From Eledone cirrhosa (Eukaryota): a stretch of 64,000 nt of DNA. Positions within the stretch are counted from its first letter, which is position 1; the number at the start of each line of letters is the position of its first letter. The notes under the pieces were generated by a model. The model worked only from the letters and a program-made list of their open reading frames with translations. It made no database searches and was not told where the DNA came from. The stretch spans positions 123,256,001-123,320,000 of the forward strand of contig OZ024743.1 of assembly GCA_964016885.1 (NCBI GenBank). Reading direction: 5' to 3'. Shown here one piece after another: positions 14,904 to 29,820 of the stretch. The translations under genes were made by a program, and so were the position numbers.

Positions 14904-15096
14904 AACGAAGGAAATGTGGTAAGGAACCAGGTGGACCATAACGCACCAAAGTACTCAATACTTAGGGTAGTAGAGTGGGTAATAGGAACAAGTAAGACCC
15001 CGACGGCTGAGCTCAAGCCGTTTCGACGGCTAATTCTGGACTCTGAATTAGCCGTCGAAAGGGCTTGAGCTCAGCCGTCGGGGTCTTACTTGTTTC
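14904..15096 (-). mobile_element. Short fold-back PLE end, family A
   Basis: Same two termini as the other family A copies, with (TA)n flanks. Confidence 0.88.
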
Positions 15097-15355
15097 TATA
15101 TATATATATATATATATATATGATAGACTCTCCCGTCAATATCCGACGTATGAGTGTCAAACAAAAGTTAAATGTGAGAAAGTGAATTGATGTTGAACTA
15201 CCCACACAAAGTTTTGGTTTAATTGGTGAAGGTTTGTGTAAGACCAACCACACTCTTTGGAACTGACGACACATATCTTCGGTGCAAATCTTTGCCACGG
15301 AAAATACAGCGACAGCCCTCAGCTTTTTATACCTCGGATTTTAACCTCTCCCTAT

Positions 15356-15398
<43 letters not shown>

Positions 15399-16224
15399 GG
15401 AAAAAATGAAATTTCATTTCTCACTCTTAGTACGGCTGATACTTAAATATCAGTATGTATACGTACATACATATATGTATACAGACGTACAGTAGGATGA
15501 CAGCTAAGAAGCTAGAAACTAGTTCATCGTTCTTTTGTCAGTGTTGAACAAAAGGGCAACGATTGTTGCCGAACACTGTACGGCTTAATTCGGGCTGTTT
15601 GTTTACAAACAAACCAAACATTATAATAAATGTTCGGTAAACCCATACGTACATATATATATATGTATACATGTATGTACACATATATATATGTACGTCT
15701 ACACATATATATATGTGTACATGTCTGTACACATATATATATGTACATACTACTGTACGTCTGTATATATGTATGTACGTATACATACTTATATTTATAT
15801 ATATATATGTATATATATAGAGAGAGAGAGAGAGTCAGAGAGAGCGAGAGAGAGAGGGAGAGAGAGAGAGAAAGGGGGGAGAGAGAGAGAATGAGAGAAT
15901 CTGCAATGCTAAGACCACAGAAACCACTAATTATGGGTGTAATCAATGCAAGAGGAGATGCAGAGCGGGTATAGAGATATTTCTATGTATATAACTATAC
16001 ATACGTATGTACTCTGCATGCATGTCTGTCTCCGTCGCTGTCAGTATGTATCTATGTTTTTTAATGTATGTTAGTGTGTGTATATATATATATATATATT
16101 ACACCCATAATTAGTGGTTTCTGTGGTCTTAGCACTGCAGATTCTCTCTCTCTCTCTCTCTCCCTCTCTCTCTCGCTCTCTCTTTCTCTCTCTCTCCCCC
16201 TCTCTCTCTCACTCTCTCGCTCTC

Positions 16225-16366
<142 letters not shown>

Positions 16367-17337
16367 GAGGGGGGGGGGGTGCAAAAGGTTACCGAATAAG
16401 CAACAAAGCAAAGCGATATTGTACAATGAAAATATATATTATTTTAACGCTTGATATAATATGAAAAGTCTCTTAACATTTCGGACGTAAATTAGTCCTT
16501 CGTCGGGAGATTCAGCAGGAAAATCGTCAGGAGATAGAATGATAAATAAAAGAAGAAATAGAGAAGATAGACAAGAGCGAGAAGATGGAGAAACGTTTTT
16601 TTTTTTTTTTTTTTTTTTTTTTGGTGGTGGGGAAAAGAAATCACGTGTGTTCAGTCAACCATTTTGAGGAAAATCTACACACGGTAATACATCCATCGTA
16701 GGCTACGGTTGGTTTCTCACTCCAACAGGAAACTTACATAATGTGTATGTGAATGTCTCTGGTGTCTCTCGGGCTTCGATTCATTACTTATTAATCATTC
16801 ATTTATATATACACACTTTGCCTTTTATCCTTACGGGGTCGATAAAATAAAGTACCAGTAATGTACTGGGTAATTACTGGCCTTGTGCCTAAAGTAGAAA
16901 CAATTTATTTATATATACACACACATGCAAGGACATAGAAATATGTATACACACGCAGATATGTATGTTTACCTCTCTGTGTGTATGTATGTGTACGTAT
17001 GTTTGTGTGTGTGTGCATTATGACTATGTCTGAGTTTGTATACACCGTAATTATCTCTCAACTGTTTATTTATTTGTTCAAGCATCTCGTTCTGTCAACA
17101 AATCTATATTCTTTCTCTAATCAAGGTGTAACGAGACAAGAAACTTGTCTGCCCATAAAACCTAAAGTTTACTCCAGGAAAACATTAGTTTACAGTGATG
17201 CTAAAATTTTATATTTACTAAAAATGTTATATTCTAAAATTCAAATATATCGCCTCACTACGAAAAAAGGCGTGTAGCACAATACACATATGTATACATG
17301 CGTGTGTGTTTGTCCACGTATGTATGTATGTATTCTC

Positions 17338-19550
17338 AGATGAAGGATAAGTGGTGGAGTGAGAAGGCTGATGAGATACAAGCTGCATCAGATTCCAATA
17401 ACACAAAGCTGTTGTACAGTCTCTTGCGTGAAGTGTATGAACCGTCTTCTACTCTGGTGACACCGCTTCGCAGCAAGGATGGCAAGGAACTTCTTCGTGA
17501 CTCACAAGGAATTCTACGAAGGTGGCGAGAGCACTTTGATGAACTTTTGAATCAGTCGTCTGTCGTCAATGAAGATTTCCTAAATATCATTCCTGAAAAA
17601 CCTCTGAAAGTAGCTCTCGCAGAACCACCGACGCTTGTAGAGGTTGCAGTAGCTATCTCGAAGCTGAACAGTGGAAGGTCTCCAGGTATGGATGGCATAC
17701 ATGCAGAGCTCCTACAATATCGCGGTGAGAGACTTCTACAACATCTTCACTCTTTGTTTGGTAGGATATGGGCTAGTGAATCCGTACCTGAGGACTGGAG
17801 AGATGCAGTAATGGTGGTCTTGTACAAAGGAAAGGGTAACAAGTATGATTATGGAAACTACAAAGGTATATAATTGCTTTCTGTCGTAGGAACATTTTTT
17901 ATGTAGGGTGCTTCTGTACCGTCTGCTGACACACATTGCAGATTCTGTTCTTCCTGAAAGTCAATCTGGTTTTCGTGCTGACGCGGCACTACTGATATGA
18001 TCTTCTCAGCTAGACAGCTCCAGGAGAAGTGCATGGAACAAGGTTTGGATCTGTATCAGGTTTTTGTCGGTGTGACAAAAGCTTTCGATACTGTAAACAG
18101 AAATGCATTGTGGAAGGTTCTTCAGAAACTTGGTTGCGCTGATAAGTTCCTTGCTTTAGTTAGGTCTTTCCATGACGACATGAAGGCTTGGGTTAATGTC
18201 AGAGGTAACATGTCGGAGCCTATCTCAGTAAAAAATGGAGTGAAACAGGGGGATATTCCAGCACCGACCCTGTTTGCTATATACTTTGCAATGGTTTTCT
18301 ATATTGCATTCAGGAATTGCGAGCATGGTGTTTACATCCAATATCGAACCGCTGGCAACATATTTAACATCAGGTGCTTTGCTGCAAAAACAAAAGTATT
18401 TACATCAATCATAAGAGACCTCTTGTATGCAGATGATTGCGATCTTGTAGCTCAAACAGAGAGTGATATGCAGCACATTTTGAATGCATTTTCTGATGCT
18501 TGCACTGCTCTAGGATTGACTGTCAGTCTCAAGAAAACCGTTGTCATGTACCAACCTGCCCCTGGTAAGCAATACGGTGAGCCAAATATCTGTGTATGGT
18601 AAACGACTTTGAGTGGTTGATCAGTTTGTCTACCTGGGCAGCACTGTCAATCGATACAGCAACCTTGATAATGAAATTCCACTCAGGATTAGGAAAGCAA
18701 GTGATGCTTTCGGAAAGCTAGGAAGGCGACTTTGGGGTCGGCGAGACATATGCAAGAAGACAATGGTAAAGGTGTACAAGGCATGTATGTTCTCTTCTCT
18801 TCTTTATGCCTACGAGACATGGACCACATTAAAACATTGGAGCGTTTCCATCAGATGTGTCTCAGACGAATCCATGGCGTTCACTGGAGGGACCACATCA
18901 GTGATGTCGAGATTTTGGAAAGCTCTCCGTGTGACAGTATAGAAGCTCTTGTGCTTAAGCAACGACTCCGTTGGAGTGGTCACCTTGCCAGGATGAAGGA
19001 TTCTAGAATACTAAAACAACTCTTTTATGGAGAGTTAGTTAAAGGAAAATGACCTCCACATAAACCCAAAAAGAGGTATACGAATTCGTTGAAAGCCTCT
19101 TTGAAAGTCGCTAACATCTCTGCTGATACATGGGAAAATGTTGCTGCTGATCGTAATAAATGGAGACTGTATATGAGGGAAAAGTTGCCTTTGAGGCATT
19201 ACTGTTGCATTTCCAGACAGCGAAGGTCCTCCTATGGCACTGACATGCAGCGTCTGTGCGAGACTCTGCTTAAGCAAAGCTGGACTCGAAAGCCATCTTC
19301 GCAGTCATAAAGTAAGACTAGTGGTTGACTACCAGGCTGGTGAGGCGGCTGTTGAAGATGCTACTCATCATGCCTGCCAAGCATGTGGTAGAGAATGTAA
19401 ATCAGCAGGAGGGCTCAAACGACATGCAAAAGTACACGAACTCCAACCACAGCCGCCTATTCCCAGTGAATGTTTTGGTTGCTAACTCTGTGCAAGACAT
19501 TTTAGATCATTGGCTGGGCTAAAAAGCCACATTCGATCGCAGCACTGTTA
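17338..19550 (+). mobile_element. 5'-truncated, frameshifted RTE (BovB-like) LINE with three C-terminal C2H2 zinc fingers
   Basis: SPGMDGIHAE, YKGKG, KAFDTV, GVKQGD, LLYADD, YLGS and RLRWSGHLARM. Fingers CSVC..HLRSH, CQAC..HAKVH and C*LC..HIRSQH. Confidence 0.93.
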
Positions 19551-19600
19551 ATTGTTATCTTGTGTGTGTGTGTGTCTGTGTGTGTAGATATGTATGTATG

Positions 19601-19637
<37 letters not shown>

Positions 19638-19642
19638 ATGTG

Positions 19643-19711
<69 letters not shown>

Positions 19712-19718
19712 TATTATT

Positions 19719-19910
19719 GGTGGATTGGCAGTATGGTTAGAGGGTCAGACGTAATGCTTTCTAGCATAGTAAACGTCCCTTTACAGTCTGAGTTCAAATC
19801 CCACCGAGGTTAACTTTGCCTTTCATCCTTACGGGGTCGATAAAATAAAGTACCAGTAATGTACTGGATAATTGCTGGCCTTGTGCCAAATATAGAAACA
19901 ATTATTATTA
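19719..19910 (+). mobile_element. SINE family 1 copy
   Basis: Full match to the SINE consensus. Confidence 0.88.
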
Positions 19911-20012
19911 TTGTTGTTATTATTATTGACGTTATGTTTTTTTGTTTTTTTTTTCGTTCAATGGCCGTACTCGATAACGAGAGGGCAGCCATCATGTATG
20001 TATGTATTTATA

Positions 20013-20430
20013 TAGTCAGGTCGCTCTCGAGTGCTACTAGTAACATGTAACCCAGTACAACCTTTCTCATGGTCGGGTCGTTGGCGACTAGACTGGCAAC
20101 CCCACCAAGATAGCTTGGTGAGGAGGGTGATATTTGGACACCCTACGGGTGAAGGGTCCCCAGTTGTTGTCACAACACCTTTCTAGGAGAGGGAAACTCT
20201 GAAAAAAGACCTGCGGCATCGGAAGCATCCGATGATGTTGACCAGTTCTCCTTTTTGGGTAGCGTTTTCGATGCTCAGAGAGTGGGATTGGTCGATTGCA
20301 AGGTCTTTCCCCACTTAAAAAAACCTTCAAAGTCAGGCATTGCTTGTTCAGGATATGTTAAAGGTTCGTGTGGTTGGCCGTAGCCTAAGAGTACACCAAA
20401 ATCTATAATCTGTCAACCCATTGCAATACT
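20013..20430 (+). mobile_element. Probable RTE 5'-UTR-derived fragment
   Basis: GC-richer island containing CTAGGAGAGGGAAACTCTGA, which resembles a motif I recall from RTE 5' UTRs. No ORF support. Confidence 0.35.
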
Positions 20431-20451
20431 CTTAGCAGAGTTTTCATCCAT

Positions 20452-20596
<145 letters not shown>

Positions 20597-20650
20597 CATC
20601 ATTATCATTTCATTTTACGTCCGCTTTTTCCCTGCTTATATATATATATA

Positions 20651-21566
<916 letters not shown>

Positions 21567-21568
<2 letters not shown>

Positions 21569-21825
21569 ATGGTATTAATAAATGGAAACTATATTTATAA
21601 AACCATATTTATTTTATTATATATATATCAAATGAACACAAAATTTTGGTACGCTCTCATCAGATAAAATACAAAATTTGTTTTATAAATGGTGATATAC
21701 CCAAGAGACCAGACCTTATCGGTTCAGGTTCAGTTTGGATATTATACTCCAGAAAACTTGTAGGGTGCTTCGAATCTGTTATAAATAAATTTGTTGAATA
21801 ACCAACAAATTAAATATCCCTTTGC

Positions 21826-21826
<1 letters not shown>
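21567..21826. mobile_element. PLE-type end, family C, with a decayed hammerhead on the minus strand
   Basis: Similar to 5747-6010 and 59393-59712. GAAA is mutated to GATA. Confidence 0.7.
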
Positions 21827-21896
<70 letters not shown>

Positions 21897-21942
21897 AATC
21901 ATATAAATATTAATATATGATGCACACACACATATATGTATG

Positions 21943-22044
<102 letters not shown>

Positions 22045-24282
22045 CTTATATGTGTGTGTGTGTATAATATATTAGTATTATTATTATTTTATATTGTTTA
22101 CCTCTTACAGAGAAAACAGAAAACTTTGTTTTTTCTCTTCCGGGGGTGGTCACAGAGTTAGTTTTGATGGCTATCAAAACTAAACCCGTGACCAGGCTCT
22201 GCATGAAATCTATACGTACAAATAGAGTCTCGCAGTTAGAATATGGCGAATTGAAAAAAGAATTCAGTCAACTGAGACTAAACTGGCGCAAGATATCTTC
22301 TCAACCAAACATATTCATTCAGTAAGTTGTTTTGACTAGAAAGGCCAAATTCATATATGAAGGGAGAAAGAGATTATCCGCTGATTATGTACGTCGATAT
22401 AGGGTAGATATGAAACTGACTGAGCATAGCACTCTGTATAAAATACATCATTTATAAATAGAGTGCCGTTAATATGGTGAGTGCGGAAAAAACGCAGTCA
22501 ACTCATACTGCCCGTTTGAAACTTGTCCTATGATTTCACAAGACAGCTTATAGAAAGATTCCATTTCCCCTTCGTTGTCGTATATTGCTTAATCTTGAAA
22601 TTAGGGTGTTAACGCATGTGTGTGTGTATGAGAGAGAGGGAGATTTGAAATGCGTGCGTCCCAACAGTTATGAGTATAATAATACTGGGGAAAATCGTAT
22701 AGAGTACATCTGTGAACATTCTTCCCTCTATTTGGAGCGAATTTGTTGTCAATTATTATTTATGGTCAATTTATGGTGAATTATTATTTATGGATATTAT
22801 TAATATAGGTGAGAATACAAATCGACCTGCGGTGTTGGTTCTCTACTAACTTGTCAATTCCAAACTGTGTTCATAAAAAGTATTGTAAATATTGATTATA
22901 TTCTTGAAAAGGCACATACGTCGTTTGCACTGAGAGGCACACATCCAATTGCAAATTGTTCCAATGCATCTTATGCGAACCTCATATTCTAGCGGCCACC
23001 TGTTCTTCACCCCGGTCTGTGCTGTGCTCAAATCTAATAAAATCTAATCACTTATTGGCATCTATCGTAACGCCGATTTTCTTTGAAATATTAAAAGATA
23101 TTAATGTTAAAAGGTATTTATATTAAAAGGTATTTAAATATTGCATTATATAATTTTAAAAAAATTGTTAGAATATCTAAATACAGAAAGTAATAAATAA
23201 AATAATTGTTAAATGTATTCTACGAAAATTACAAAGCATTTACAGAACTTCGTATATATATACAATGTTTTTTATTTTATTTTATTTTCATCATATATGA
23301 AGAGTTTGTGGAGGCTTCCTACTCTGGAATTACCTATATACTATTGACCATGTAGATGGAGACAGACAACCTGCAGGGTTCAACCTTAGGACCTGTTAAC
23401 GATCATTGTGTAACTGATTCTCAGTGAAACAAAAGGGGACATCTGTTGGTTAGCGGTATTCTAGGTGTAAATACGATGTCTCCTTACTACATCCAGTGAG
23501 GATTTGGGCTCGATAAAGTGAGGCTTTTGCCTTCATCCTTTAGCTATCGATAAAATATTTCCATACCAGTACTGCGGTTGATTCTTCCTTTCTATACCTT
23601 ATTCGCTTCCTCTAGAAGAATTGTCTGATGATGACGGCAACGCACTATCCCAGTTTTCGGCAAGCTGCAATTTACGCTTATCGTTACTTTCTGAGTGTAC
23701 AGAAACCTGGGTCCATACAAGTGCAAACGCCACATTACGAATATACATTTTGTTAGCACTCTGAGGTTTGGCTCGATACAAGTACATACCATATATCATT
23801 GCGTGAGTAACCGGAGTTATATCTAGCACTATAACCTCGTCATTATATTTATATATATATATAATATAAAACGAAAAATCAGTGATGCATCTAGACTCAG
23901 TTAATGGTGTGTTACAATTGTTTCGCCGGCAGATAGCTCGAGACACGATCATTGTATGGATCTGTCTGATTCTAGAACTGCGGGTTCTTCGGACAAATGC
24001 AATGCTTTCGGAGCAAATTTTCTCACTGGGGTGTTAGCTTCAAAAAACACCTTAAAAAAACATCTTCCACTCTTGTCTTGCTATTGGCTGTTGTTTTTCT
24101 ACGTCATCATAAATTCTGGTCAATATTTGCTGCCACACTGGCCATCAGCTACTCTCCGTCCGACACAATATATATATGCAGGATATTTGTAGGCCAGTTT
24201 TAAAACCACTACTCCACCATACAGTACGAGGTATAACTGGACCCCGAAACGTAAGGTCGCGTATACATGTTATGTGTATGAA

Positions 24283-24377
<95 letters not shown>

Positions 24378-24379
<2 letters not shown>

Positions 24380-24577
24380 CGAAGGAAATGTGGTAAGGAA
24401 TCAGGTGGACCATAACGCACCAAAGTACTCAATACTTGGGGTAGTAGAGTGGGTAATAGGAACCAGTAAGACCCCGACGGCTGAGCTCAAGCCGTTTCGA
24501 CGGCTAATTCTGGACTATTTTAGTCCAGAATTAGCCGTCGAAACGGCTTGAGCTCAGCCGTCGGGGCCTTACTGGTT

Positions 24578-24579
<2 letters not shown>
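24378..24579 (-). mobile_element. Short fold-back PLE end, family A
   Basis: About 60-bp near-perfect arms around 24517, an ~80-nt tail and (TA)n flanks. Confidence 0.9.
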
Positions 24580-24613
<34 letters not shown>

Positions 24614-26718
24614 CTATATGACCCTCTCTCTCACTTACGTTACCTCTATGTCTCCCAGAAATGTGTTCTCCTTCGCCATCCTACAAACATTGGATGTTCA
24701 AGATCTTCAAATCTTACTTGAACTCCTATGATATTGAAAGAATGTGGATTGCAATTAATTCCACAGACAATTTTTGGCATGACTATTTTGCTTGCTTTAG
24801 TGAATTTCGCGGAATGGTGAACTCCAAACTTATATGCATATTTTCTTTTTGAATTAATTTAAGTGCCAGACGTATGCACCGTTGTAGTTGATGAAATGAT
24901 AATGTCAACTCTTTTGATCTTTAACATTCTTTATGTATAACCTAAATATGTATCTCTCGTAAATAGTATATATACATTTAACGAATTTTCTCTCCCCACT
25001 TTCATTCACATAGCACTTAATTCTTTAAAAGGTATTTTAAAAATCCCTAATATATACAGATCATCGTCGAAAACATATTTAGAATTCTTGTGGTGAGTAG
25101 CATGTTGTAGTTTCAATTCCGATTGAAAAAAAGTCACTTGGCTTGCTCTGCTAAGGCCATTTAGAAAGGTATACGTGTCATAACTTCATATTTTCCCCTA
25201 ACCTAATATATATGGAGTATGTGCCTTTTGAAAAATATAATCAATATTTACAATGCTTGTTATGAGCACCATTTGGTATAGGCAAGTCAGTAGAGAATCA
25301 ACACCGCAAGTCGAATTGTATTCTTCTTAGCAAGCTTTACATTCTGTTTGCCCTACTTATGTGTTTTGGGGGAAAATATATGAACATTATAGAAATACAT
25401 TTTCCAGCTCTTAAAAATATTAGGCCTTGTGCCTAGTCAAAAGAAACTAATTTTAACGATCGTCGATTCAATCTACTACATACTTCCCTCCAAGAACTGG
25501 CTTGATGCCTAAATAAGAAATCAATGCCTCTATGATCCATCGAAAAGCCCGATCGATATTTAGCCCTTAATTCCAATAACATATGACCCTTTAAAAAATG
25601 TTTCTCTCAATCTTCCCAATCGATAAACCTTAATAGGTGCCTCATACACAATAACGCTTTACAAATCTTTTGTTGTTGTTCTTTTTTTCTGTTTATCAGC
25701 ACATAATACGCATACAACATTTCCCAAGTTCCTGCATATTCACACTAAAATCCAATACACAAACATATTTATACAACAGCAAATTCTATAACATATGCAC
25801 AGAAACACATACACACATACGCATAAACATACTTAAATATAGTCGCATATATTCATAGACTATTTTGCTACTCATACATATTTATATACACACTGCTAAG
25901 CGTATATACTTACAACAATTCACGTAGACATATTGCGTATGAATATACACATATTAATATACACATATTAATATACACATGAATATACACATATTAATCA
26001 CAACGTACTTACATAAACATGAACACCGCAAACACACAGAGACCATAACATGCTCAGAAAAACGCAAACTTATTCTCAATTCACGTTTTATTTTTGCACA
26101 TATACTCACACACTCACGCATACCTACACATACATAAACATATACAATCTCTTACTCACACACATACACACACATACACGTACATTTTCTCTAACTCACA
26201 CATGAACATTCATACTCTCGTTTTTTCTGCTTTATATTCTCCCCGTGGTTTTATCTGTCTCTCTCGTTTTCTCTCTCTTCTCCCCTGCTGTCCCGGGGGT
26301 ATGGACACAGGGACTAGTGTATCAGACAATAAACATTATCCTAGGTTCAATCGAGTCTAAACAAGCCCTACGCGAAACATTAAATGTTTCTTCACTTTAC
26401 AGTGCACCAGTAAACCTTTTTTAGGGAAGAGGGTGATGTTTACTAAAGAATATTTAGCTGTATTATACCGATTTGGCCCTCATACGTCTCCCATGAAAAC
26501 ATAAATAGTAGCAAGTCAGCCTAACAATGCAGCAGCGACCAGCACTTTTCAGGCTATTATCTACGCCAGGGTTCACGAATACAAGTTGTAATTAAAGTGG
26601 AAAAAGCCACCTGTGTAATAATGCGGTTCACTAGGAACCTTCCACACGCCTACTCAATACAATACTCCATCTTTAGTTTTCTCCCCGATATATTTCACTC
26701 TCAGTATTCGTCTATGTA

Positions 26719-26878
<160 letters not shown>

Positions 26879-27048
26879 ATGTATATATATATATACATAT
26901 ATATATATATGTATACATATATACATATATATATATGTATATATATATATGTATATATATGTATATACATATATATATATATATATATACACATGTATAT
27001 AAATATATATACATGTATATAAATATATATACATACACACATACAAAC

Positions 27049-27125
<77 letters not shown>

Positions 27126-27253
27126 ATGTATATATAGCCTTGAAGGCGTTGACTCAGCATGGCCGCAGCATGACATAAGTTAGTGAAGTTAGTGAAAGAA
27201 TAAAAGAATACACGTGCATGGTGCATTTGTGTGTGTGAGTGTGCGTGTGTGTG

Positions 27254-27293
<40 letters not shown>

Positions 27294-27847
27294 GTAAACA
27301 AGAGTAACGGGCCCAAAGCTAGACATCTTGTACAAGAGACAGTGATGGCTGATGGAACTATGAAGCATTGGTTTTTAATCTCAGTTATTCACACACACAT
27401 CATATGAACTCTACACCAACCTATACTAGGTCGCTCGATTTGCTATAAATAGCAGCCAAATTTCTCAAAATCACTCTCTAGCAGTTTAATAATGGAAAAA
27501 TACATTGGTCAATTTAGATCTATATACCTATTAAGGCGAGATATTCGTGGATGGAACGCCTTTGATGAGTGCCGACATGAAAGTAAACCACAACGCCGAC
27601 ACCTACAACATATTTCTATAACAGTTGTGTATCGGGTACAGATCCCGATTTATTGCGGGGGCTGGGGGGGTCATGTGGACGGCTAATGCCCCCCCCCCCC
27701 CCTCATCTCTGAACAGAACCTTTTCCCTCTCTCTCTCTTTTCCTGCCTATATATGTGTATATATATATATATATATATAATTGTTTCTACTTTAGGCACA
27801 AGGCCAGCAAATACCCAGGGTATTACTGGTACTTTATTTTGTATATA

Positions 27848-28217
27848 TAATATAAGATCAAAAGATGGTTAAAAGAGTTCCATGCATTTTATTATGCGCA
27901 TTTCGAATACAAAATCATCCTGGGACAAAAATAGTGTTCTCATCAGATAAAATAAGGTAACATGATATGAGGCATAATAGCACTTGTTTACAGGAAAGTG
28001 CTAAGTCTACATATCATGTTACCTTATTTTATCCGATGAGAACACAATTTTTGTCCCAGGGGATGATTTTGTATTCGAAATGCGCATAATAAAATTCATG
28101 GAACTCTTTTAACCATCTTTTGATCTTATATTATTTATACTCCAGTCCTATAAACTGTTGAGTGCTACTTATCCGATATTTGCATTGCTTTATTGATCTA
28201 CAATAAAACTCACCTCC

Positions 28218-28220
<3 letters not shown>
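27848..28220 (+). mobile_element. Fold-back PLE-type end, family B, with hammerheads on both strands
   Basis: Arms 27848-27969 / 28010-28134. The minus HHR (27886-27953) has an intact CTGATGA; the plus HHR (28026-28095) has CCGATGA. Tail about 85 nt. Confidence 0.85.
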
Positions 28221-28266
<46 letters not shown>

Positions 28267-28319
28267 ATATGGGTGAGAAGAATACTGCTGGTTGCACATG
28301 GATAACATGTTATAAAATG

Positions 28320-28421
28320 AGTCCCTCATCAGTGATTTACCAAACGATCATGGGTATTTCATCGCATTAAAAATCATATACCTCACGTTGGAGCGATAAT
28401 AACTAAAATAAGTTATCGGGA
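28320..28421 (-). ncRNA. Candidate rearranged (non-circularly permuted) hammerhead, copy 1, intact core
   Basis: GTCCC-hairpin-ATCGC-t-CCAACG..GGTA-TA-TGATTT-ttaat-GCGAT-GAAA-TACC..CGTTTGG-t-AAATCA-CTGATGA-GGGAC. It lies in the TA-flanked repeat 28263-28710. Confidence 0.65.
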
Positions 28422-28718
28422 CAATAGAAACGCGTAAAGCGAGTGAGACAAGTAAACAACACAGGGGGAAGGTAACCGAAGTTGGAAATAAACACAAGCA
28501 ACATAGTTATTCTTTCAGCATAAGCTGTGTGAATATATGAGCGAGTCAGCAACAGACCTTTCGCTAGTGAATCCGGTGTTAGAAAGAATGAAAACCGTTT
28601 TCCCAGCGAACGGGAGGAAGAAAGAAGGGGAGAAACAGGGACTGAGTGAGTGGGAGTGCGAGGAAGAGGTCAGTAGAGAGAAAGAGTTAACTGACATGGC
28701 AGAGGGGACGAATATATA

Positions 28719-28760
<42 letters not shown>

Positions 28761-28898
28761 TCCGTGTATTTTTATATGGGTGTCCAACTAAACCTGTCTG
28801 ACCCCACCCCCCGTTTAAATTTGGTCCTGATCGGGCAATCATATATTTTCTACTATGAAATACAAATAAAAACAATATACACGCATACACACACAGAT

Positions 28899-28945
<47 letters not shown>

Positions 28946-29406
28946 CTGATGAGACCCCCCCCCCCCGTTCTTGGTCTCTTCTTACTCCCATTCCAATTTT
29001 AAGCTTAACTTACTAGCAACAACACAGCCACCGTATTCTCCATAGATTTTATCATGTTTCGCTGTGACCGGTCATCTCTCTCCCTCTAACTACCTACTTC
29101 GTTACTATCTACTCTTCCCCCTCTTTCTTCTTCTCCCTTTCTCCCTCTCACTTTTACTCACTCTCTCTCTATTTGCCACCTCATTGTTTTCCTTCGCCTG
29201 ACCTTCTAGCAGTCTTTTTCTCATTCACACTCGCTTGGGTCAGTCGCCTTTTTCGTTCGATCACACGCTCTCGAACTTATGTTCTGTTACCGCTGTGATC
29301 TTGGGTTCTCTCTCTCTAGTTGCTGCACATTCTTCGGTATGTTGTTGTTTTTTCGCTGTTATCTCTTTTCCCCTTTTCCCTTCTGTTTTCCTTCTCTCCC
29401 TCCTCC

Positions 29407-29510
29407 GTTTTCTCAATAACTTACCCCGTTATTGAACGCCCTGGAGGTAAATATATTGTCTTTAAAGCGTTGAAATATCCGAGAACCCCCAGGAGACTAC
29501 TGACGAGGAC
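29407..29510 (+). ncRNA. Candidate rearranged hammerhead, copy 2
   Basis: CAATAAC/GTTATTG hairpin-AACGC-CCTGGAGGT-aa-ATA-TA-TTGTCT-ttaaa-GCGTT-GAAA-TAT..ACCCCCAGG-AGACTA-CTGACGA-GGAC. It lies in the TA-flanked repeat 28946-29557. Confidence 0.6.
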
Positions 29511-29820
29511 CCCCGTTCTTGCTTTCTTCTTACTCTCATTCCATTTTTAAGCCTACACATATATATAGGAGAGCCTATATATATATATAGGAGAGCCTAT
29601 ATATATATAGGAGAGCTACGTTCAAGAGGAATATGTACTTAAGTTCAGTTTATCATACTTAATGTGAGGAACTGAAAATAATTCATTGACGTTAATTATA
29701 ATATAAGAAAGTAGATAAATCCTGTTGTTTCAATCAAATAAAAAGTATTTAGAGATAGAGAGAAAAGAGTAGGCCTAATCTTTGGTAGCTATGATGGCAA
29801 CTCTAGACATATTTCAGCCT

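Noticed and set aside
22148-22194. Imperfect ~21-bp hairpin GGTCAC..GTGACC
   Set aside because: Single copy with no TSD, partner end or recognisable motif.
29455-29475. Pistol-ribozyme-like AAGCGTTGA
   Set aside because: No pistol P1 or pseudoknot. The segment is explained by AACGC/GCGTT pairing and GAAA of the rearranged hammerhead.
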